Virus record (IMG/VR): IMGVR_UViG_3300011691_000001
Origin: an uncultured virus (IMG/VR IMGVR_UViG_3300011691_000001)
Taxonomy: Duplodnaviria; Heunggongvirae; Uroviricota; Caudoviricetes
Length of the DNA: 59,431 nt
Direction: 5' to 3' (one strand)
Positions 55,824 through 59,431 of this stretch are shown in pieces. Made by a program: the position numbers and the translations under genes. A model generated the notes under the pieces. That model worked only from the letters and a program-made list of their open reading frames with translations, did no database searches and was not told the origin of the DNA. How positions within the stretch are numbered: the first letter of the stretch is position 1; each line of letters opens with the position of its first letter.

Positions 55824-58473
55824 ATGCTACCCATTTACATTGTTTACTACTTGCTAACATGGGAATATCTGCAACCCATCTAGTAGGTGTAGAAACAGAA
55901 ATAGGTGTTCTTAAATTATAAGTAACCATTCCTGAGTTACCAACACCATTGTTGTATTGAGAAATCTTTGTGCCATTCAGAACATAGTAATCATCACTAT
56001 CTACTGTAAACTCAGCAACATGAACAATACTACCTACAATATAGGTCACCCTTACTAATGCAGGGCTAAATGGTATATCTAAGCTTACAAAGTTCATTAA
56101 AACTGAGTTACCACCGTCAGCATACGTAAAGTTTTTAGAACTAGAATTAGAGGTAACTGTGCCATCAGCATATCCTTTACCTGATGAAATAGCTGCTATG
56201 TTTATTGCCATTGTATCAAATGTTGCATCTGCTGCTGTTGTTACACCTTTTGTCGTGATGGCAGCAGCAATTTTCCCTTTTCCATCAACGACAGATTGCT
56301 TTAAATCAGAAAGCTTAGTCCAAAAACCATCATTGTCTTTAAATTGAACATCTTTATCACCGATAACCCTCAATGCTGTATTACCATCTATTAAGAAGTC
56401 TACACCTTTACTAGTGTTACTTATATCTCTACGGTGCATTATTTGAGTACTACTTACTAGTCCATCTGAACCCTTACCGTAAAACTGCAATTGACCACTA
56501 GGTTTATCAATTGTTAGGTTACCAGTCATTGTGCCACCAGTAAGATTTAACTTAGTATCATTCAATTGTTTAACTGCTTTAGATGTAGCTGCTTTAGTTT
56601 CATCATCAAGCGTTAAAGAGCTAGAGAAATAAGTAGTAGGTATTGCATCAATCATAGCTTTAATAGCTACACCCATTGCAGCAGATAACGTTTTATTAGG
56701 GTCATCAGTTACTAGGTTATTGACAATCTCAGCACCACCACCGTTAATCATATCCTGTAGTGATTGTTCCAATCTATCCATGCCAATAGTGGCAGGTGTA
56801 ATACGTGTACCCTCAATTGTTTGTGTATCTCCAAAAGGCATATTACGGAATATAGCAATTGATACATTGTTGTTTTCAATTTTCCCTTTTAAACTCTCAG
56901 GATTATCAGGGATACTCAGAATATGGTTAGGTGCTATTCCTTTTAAACTCCATGATGCAGATGGAAGATACACACCATTGTGGAATACCAACAATGAGTC
57001 AGTTGATGGGTCAAATGTTCCTGATGGTATATTCCAATCAACCTGTCCTACAGTAGTAGTAGATAGCTTAATAGCATTCACAGAAGTAGTACCAGTTCCG
57101 CCACCGCCTGAACCACCGCCACCTTCAATCCAACCAGTGTCAGTTAAATCATTTGCTTCATCGTTAATAACGCAACGTGTATATGTAATGCCTGATGACA
57201 AACGCACTAGTTCATATAATGTGAATGAGCTTCCACTAGATAGATGCTTAGAGATTGTTCCGAAAAAAGTTTCTTGTTCAGGAAGGAATCCTGAATTATC
57301 GGGCGATACATAGAAATGACCAGTGTTTTGTTGATCTTTATATTGAGTTTCAGTTAATCGTGTTACTGACTTTGTGTTGTATCCTAATCCTTCAAGTGTT
57401 TCCACTACATTTTCAATAGCTGTCTCTGTTTCTTCCTTTGTAAATGCCCCAACATTTGTCGCACTTATTAATACATCACCGTCAGTATTAGGGTTTTGTC
57501 CATTAACACTAACTACAGAACCAGTTCCATCTATACCACGTTGAGCGACAAGTCTCCAATACGCATTTTCTCTGGAAGGTAAGATGGGGAGGGGATTATC
57601 TTTAGTATTTTGTAAAGCAATCCAAGTTGAACCATTATGTAGGACTGTATTATTCCTTTTATATTGATTAGACAAAACAAATTCTCCGACAGATTTTGTC
57701 TCGTCAATTAATAACTGCGCATTACTAGTGACTTGTTCTACTTCATCAATGACACTTTGTCCATCTGTAATTAATGAGTTAACATCTTCAATTGATTGAT
57801 TAGCATTTTGAATAGTATTATTCATATCTAGTAATGCATTGTCTACTGTGGATAGCTTAGAATCAACAGTTGTTAATTTTTCATCTACAATACCAATTCT
57901 ACTGTCCATCTCTTCAATTTTGTTTGTTGCATTTTCAATTACTTGATTACCTCTATTAATTACATCTCTAGCGTCATTGGTAGCTGAAACAGTATCTTCA
58001 GTAGCAGTAATAGCATTATTAGTAGCTTCAGTTACCTCTAGTAGTTTTTCATTTAGAGATCCAAGAGCATCTAAAGCATCTTTTCCACCATCTATAATGT
58101 CTCCAAGTGTTTCAACAACTGTTTTTTCTTCTAATTTCGTATAGATAGAATGGACACTATAGTAATGATTTCCTTCACCTAAGTACTTAAAATGAAGCTG
58201 TTTTCCTACATGTTTCGAATTAAAGGTCACTAATTTATTAATATAATCCACTTTAAATCCATTTTCAGGTATTTGACCTTCAGTAATTTCGTACCAAGTA
58301 GCATTATCTTCAGAGGTTACTATAACTCGATTTAATTCATTGGGAATCTCAGATAATAAAACTTTTCCATCACCTGTTACAACAAGTGTTTCATTCATAT
58401 TGCTGAAAGGGGAGTCGGGCGTACCTTTTCTTCGTTCAATAACTACGGCAGGACTACCTTCGTATCTCTTCAT
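55813..58473 (-). CDS. long tail fibre protein
   Basis: Coiled coil, GSVVSVNG, ATSKAVKQL, LTGGTMTGNL, DGKGKIAAAITTKGV fibre motifs. Confidence 0.8.
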   Translation of the reverse strand: MKRYEGSPAVVIERRKGTPDSPFSNMNETLVVTGDGKVLLSEIPNELNRVIVTSEDNATWYEITEGQIPENGFKVDYINKLVTFNSKHVGKQLHFKYLGEGNHYYSVHSIYTKLEEKTVVETLGDIIDGGKDALDALGSLNEKLLEVTEATNNAITATEDTVSATNDARDVINRGNQVIENATNKIEEMDSRIGIVDEKLTTVDSKLSTVDNALLDMNNTIQNANQSIEDVNSLITDGQSVIDEVEQVTSNAQLLIDETKSVGEFVLSNQYKRNNTVLHNGSTWIALQNTKDNPLPILPSRENAYWRLVAQRGIDGTGSVVSVNGQNPNTDGDVLISATNVGAFTKEETETAIENVVETLEGLGYNTKSVTRLTETQYKDQQNTGHFYVSPDNSGFLPEQETFFGTISKHLSSGSSFTLYELVRLSSGITYTRCVINDEANDLTDTGWIEGGGGSGGGGTGTTSVNAIKLSTTTVGQVDWNIPSGTFDPSTDSLLVFHNGVYLPSASWSLKGIAPNHILSIPDNPESLKGKIENNNVSIAIFRNMPFGDTQTIEGTRITPATIGMDRLEQSLQDMINGGGAEIVNNLVTDDPNKTLSAAMGVAIKAMIDAIPTTYFSSSLTLDDETKAATSKAVKQLNDTKLNLTGGTMTGNLTIDKPSGQLQFYGKGSDGLVSSTQIMHRRDISNTSKGVDFLIDGNTALRVIGDKDVQFKDNDGFWTKLSDLKQSVVDGKGKIAAAITTKGVTTAADATFDTMAINIAAISSGKGYADGTVTSNSSSKNFTYADGGNSVLMNFVSLDIPFSPALVRVTYIVGSIVHVAEFTVDSDDYYVLNGTKISQYNNGVGNSGMVTYNLRTPISVSTPTRWVADIPMLASSKQCKWVAYEK

Positions 58474-58497
58474 AATTTACCTCCTCTATAAAATAAA

Positions 58498-58529
58498 AAG
58501 GTAACTAATCTTAATTAATTAGTTACCTT
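58498..58529 (-). terminator. intrinsic terminator
   Basis: AAGGTAACTAAT...ATTAGTTACCTT followed by a T-run on the minus strand. Confidence 0.6.
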
Positions 58530-58691
58530 GTGAATGCATTCAATATGATGTTTGTTAACAATGATGTCGCCAATTTGTACAATGACACTTTCTGAATCAC
58601 TAATTGATTTAGTTAATTCCAAAGCATTATAAGATTCAACTTTTGTATCGAATTCTTTGTTATTTTGTAAGATTACTTTGATTGTATCCAT
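58515..58691 (-). CDS. small hypothetical protein (58 aa, MDTIKVILQNNKEF...)
   Basis: GGAGG RBS; translated by hand. Confidence 0.55.
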   Translation of the reverse strand: MDTIKVILQNNKEFDTKVESYNALELTKSISDSESVIVQIGDIIVNKHHIECIHKVTN

Positions 58692-58732
58692 AACTACCTC
58701 CGTTTAAATAATATTTATATTTTATGTAATTA

Positions 58733-59431
58733 TTATTCATATCCCATTAATGCTTGAATAAATACCGTAGCATCTAATCTTCCTAATTGACTACTATACA
58801 AATCTATAACATTCCATTGCCCTTTAACTAAGTAGGGGGTAATATTTAAATTGAATTTATCGATATTGAATTTCCCACCTAGTTCTACATCACGATTTAC
58901 TCCATTAATATGTACCGAAACTTGTCTAGCTGAAGTACTTTTATATATCCCATGTGAAATAGGGTGGGAGTGTGAAGGTACTGAAAACGAGTGAGAATGA
59001 GAAGGTATGTCGACCATATGTGAGTGTGAAGGAATATTAATAGTATGTGAGTGAGCAGATACAGAGAATGAATGTGAGTGGGAGGGAAGTGTTATATTGT
59101 GTTTATGACCTTCCACCGTTCTGAATGTGTGACTATGACCTGCTGCGGGATCAGTTTGTCCAGTTCCATAAATAACATCAATACCACTATTTCCAGAAGT
59201 AACAATTGCATTTCCTCCACTATCAGTAGAAGAATAAGTACCTCCACCACTATCAGTAGAACCATAAGTTCCACCCCCTGAACCAGTAGATGTATAATTA
59301 CCGCCACCAGAACTAGTTGATGAAAATGTACCTCCACCACTTTCAGTTGTTTGGCTGTATGCTCTAAATTCTAATAATTTAAACCTTAGTAGTGCTTTTT
59401 TTATAGATAAGGTTTGTTCAGGAATATACAC
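58733..59431 (-). CDS. tail/baseplate protein, C-terminal part (runs off the window)
   Basis: SGGGTYSSTD and PSHSH repeats typical of phage tail proteins. Confidence 0.7.
   Translation of the reverse strand: MYIPEQTLSIKKALLRFKLLEFRAYSQTTESGGGTFSSTSSGGGNYTSTGSGGGTYGSTDSGGGTYSSTDSGGNAIVTSGNSGIDVIYGTGQTDPAAGHSHTFRTVEGHKHNITLPSHSHSFSVSAHSHTINIPSHSHMVDIPSHSHSFSVPSHSHPISHGIYKSTSARQVSVHINGVNRDVELGGKFNIDKFNLNITPYLVKGQWNVIDLYSSQLGRLDATVFIQALMGYE

Larger units (their letters stand above)
1..59431. mobile_element. SPbeta-like temperate bacteriophage genome segment (early, replication, integration, lysis and tail modules)
   Basis: Gene content and order match SPbeta-like phages: tyrosine-recombinase/DGQHR/MrpR-like trio, DnaB-primase-DnaE, nrdHIEF, thyA, large serine recombinase, and holin/endolysin and tail fibres on the opposite strand; no host housekeeping context. 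Confidence 0.93.

Noticed and set aside
58960..59345. Tandem DNA repeats as DGR template or VNTR
   Set aside because: They are explained by SHSH and SGGG protein repeats; no reverse transcriptase in the window
1..59431. tRNA or rRNA genes
   Set aside because: No cloverleaf or rRNA-like segments recognised; intergenic gaps are short and AT-rich

Overview
This window is about 59 kb of an AT-rich, SPbeta-like temperate phage of a spore-forming Bacillales host, apparently in the non-integrated (attP) configuration. The + strand from 1 to about 42.8 kb is the early region. It holds arrays of small accessory genes, a YopP/YopQ/MrpR-like repression trio, a phage sigma factor and a MazE-like antitoxin mimic. 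It continues through a replication operon (SSB-like, AAA, DnaB, primase, PD-(D/E)XK nuclease, DnaE), a C5 methyltransferase, nrdHIEF-dut-thyA-dfr, an 824-aa large serine recombinase and a YfkA radical SAM gene. A ParM/ParR-like module and a pilin-like/VirB6-like/FtsK operon follow, then the - strand lysis and tail-fibre genes. Four observations stand out. (1) An 18-bp palindrome ATAAWA-N6-TWTTAT (21 exact and 7 one-mismatch copies found by eye) sits mostly between stop codon and next RBS of accessory genes, like cassette boundaries. (2) A 48-bp attP-like inverted repeat lies inside the recombinase ORF; its core reads G-E-P codons in antisense, suggesting integration into host yfkA with a phage-borne replacement copy. 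(3) TACAT (the Bacillus MazF cleavage site) is enriched on the coding strand, and a MazE C-terminal mimic is encoded. (4) A partition/DNA-translocation module has sporulation-sigma-like promoters. All functional calls come from motif recognition without database searches.
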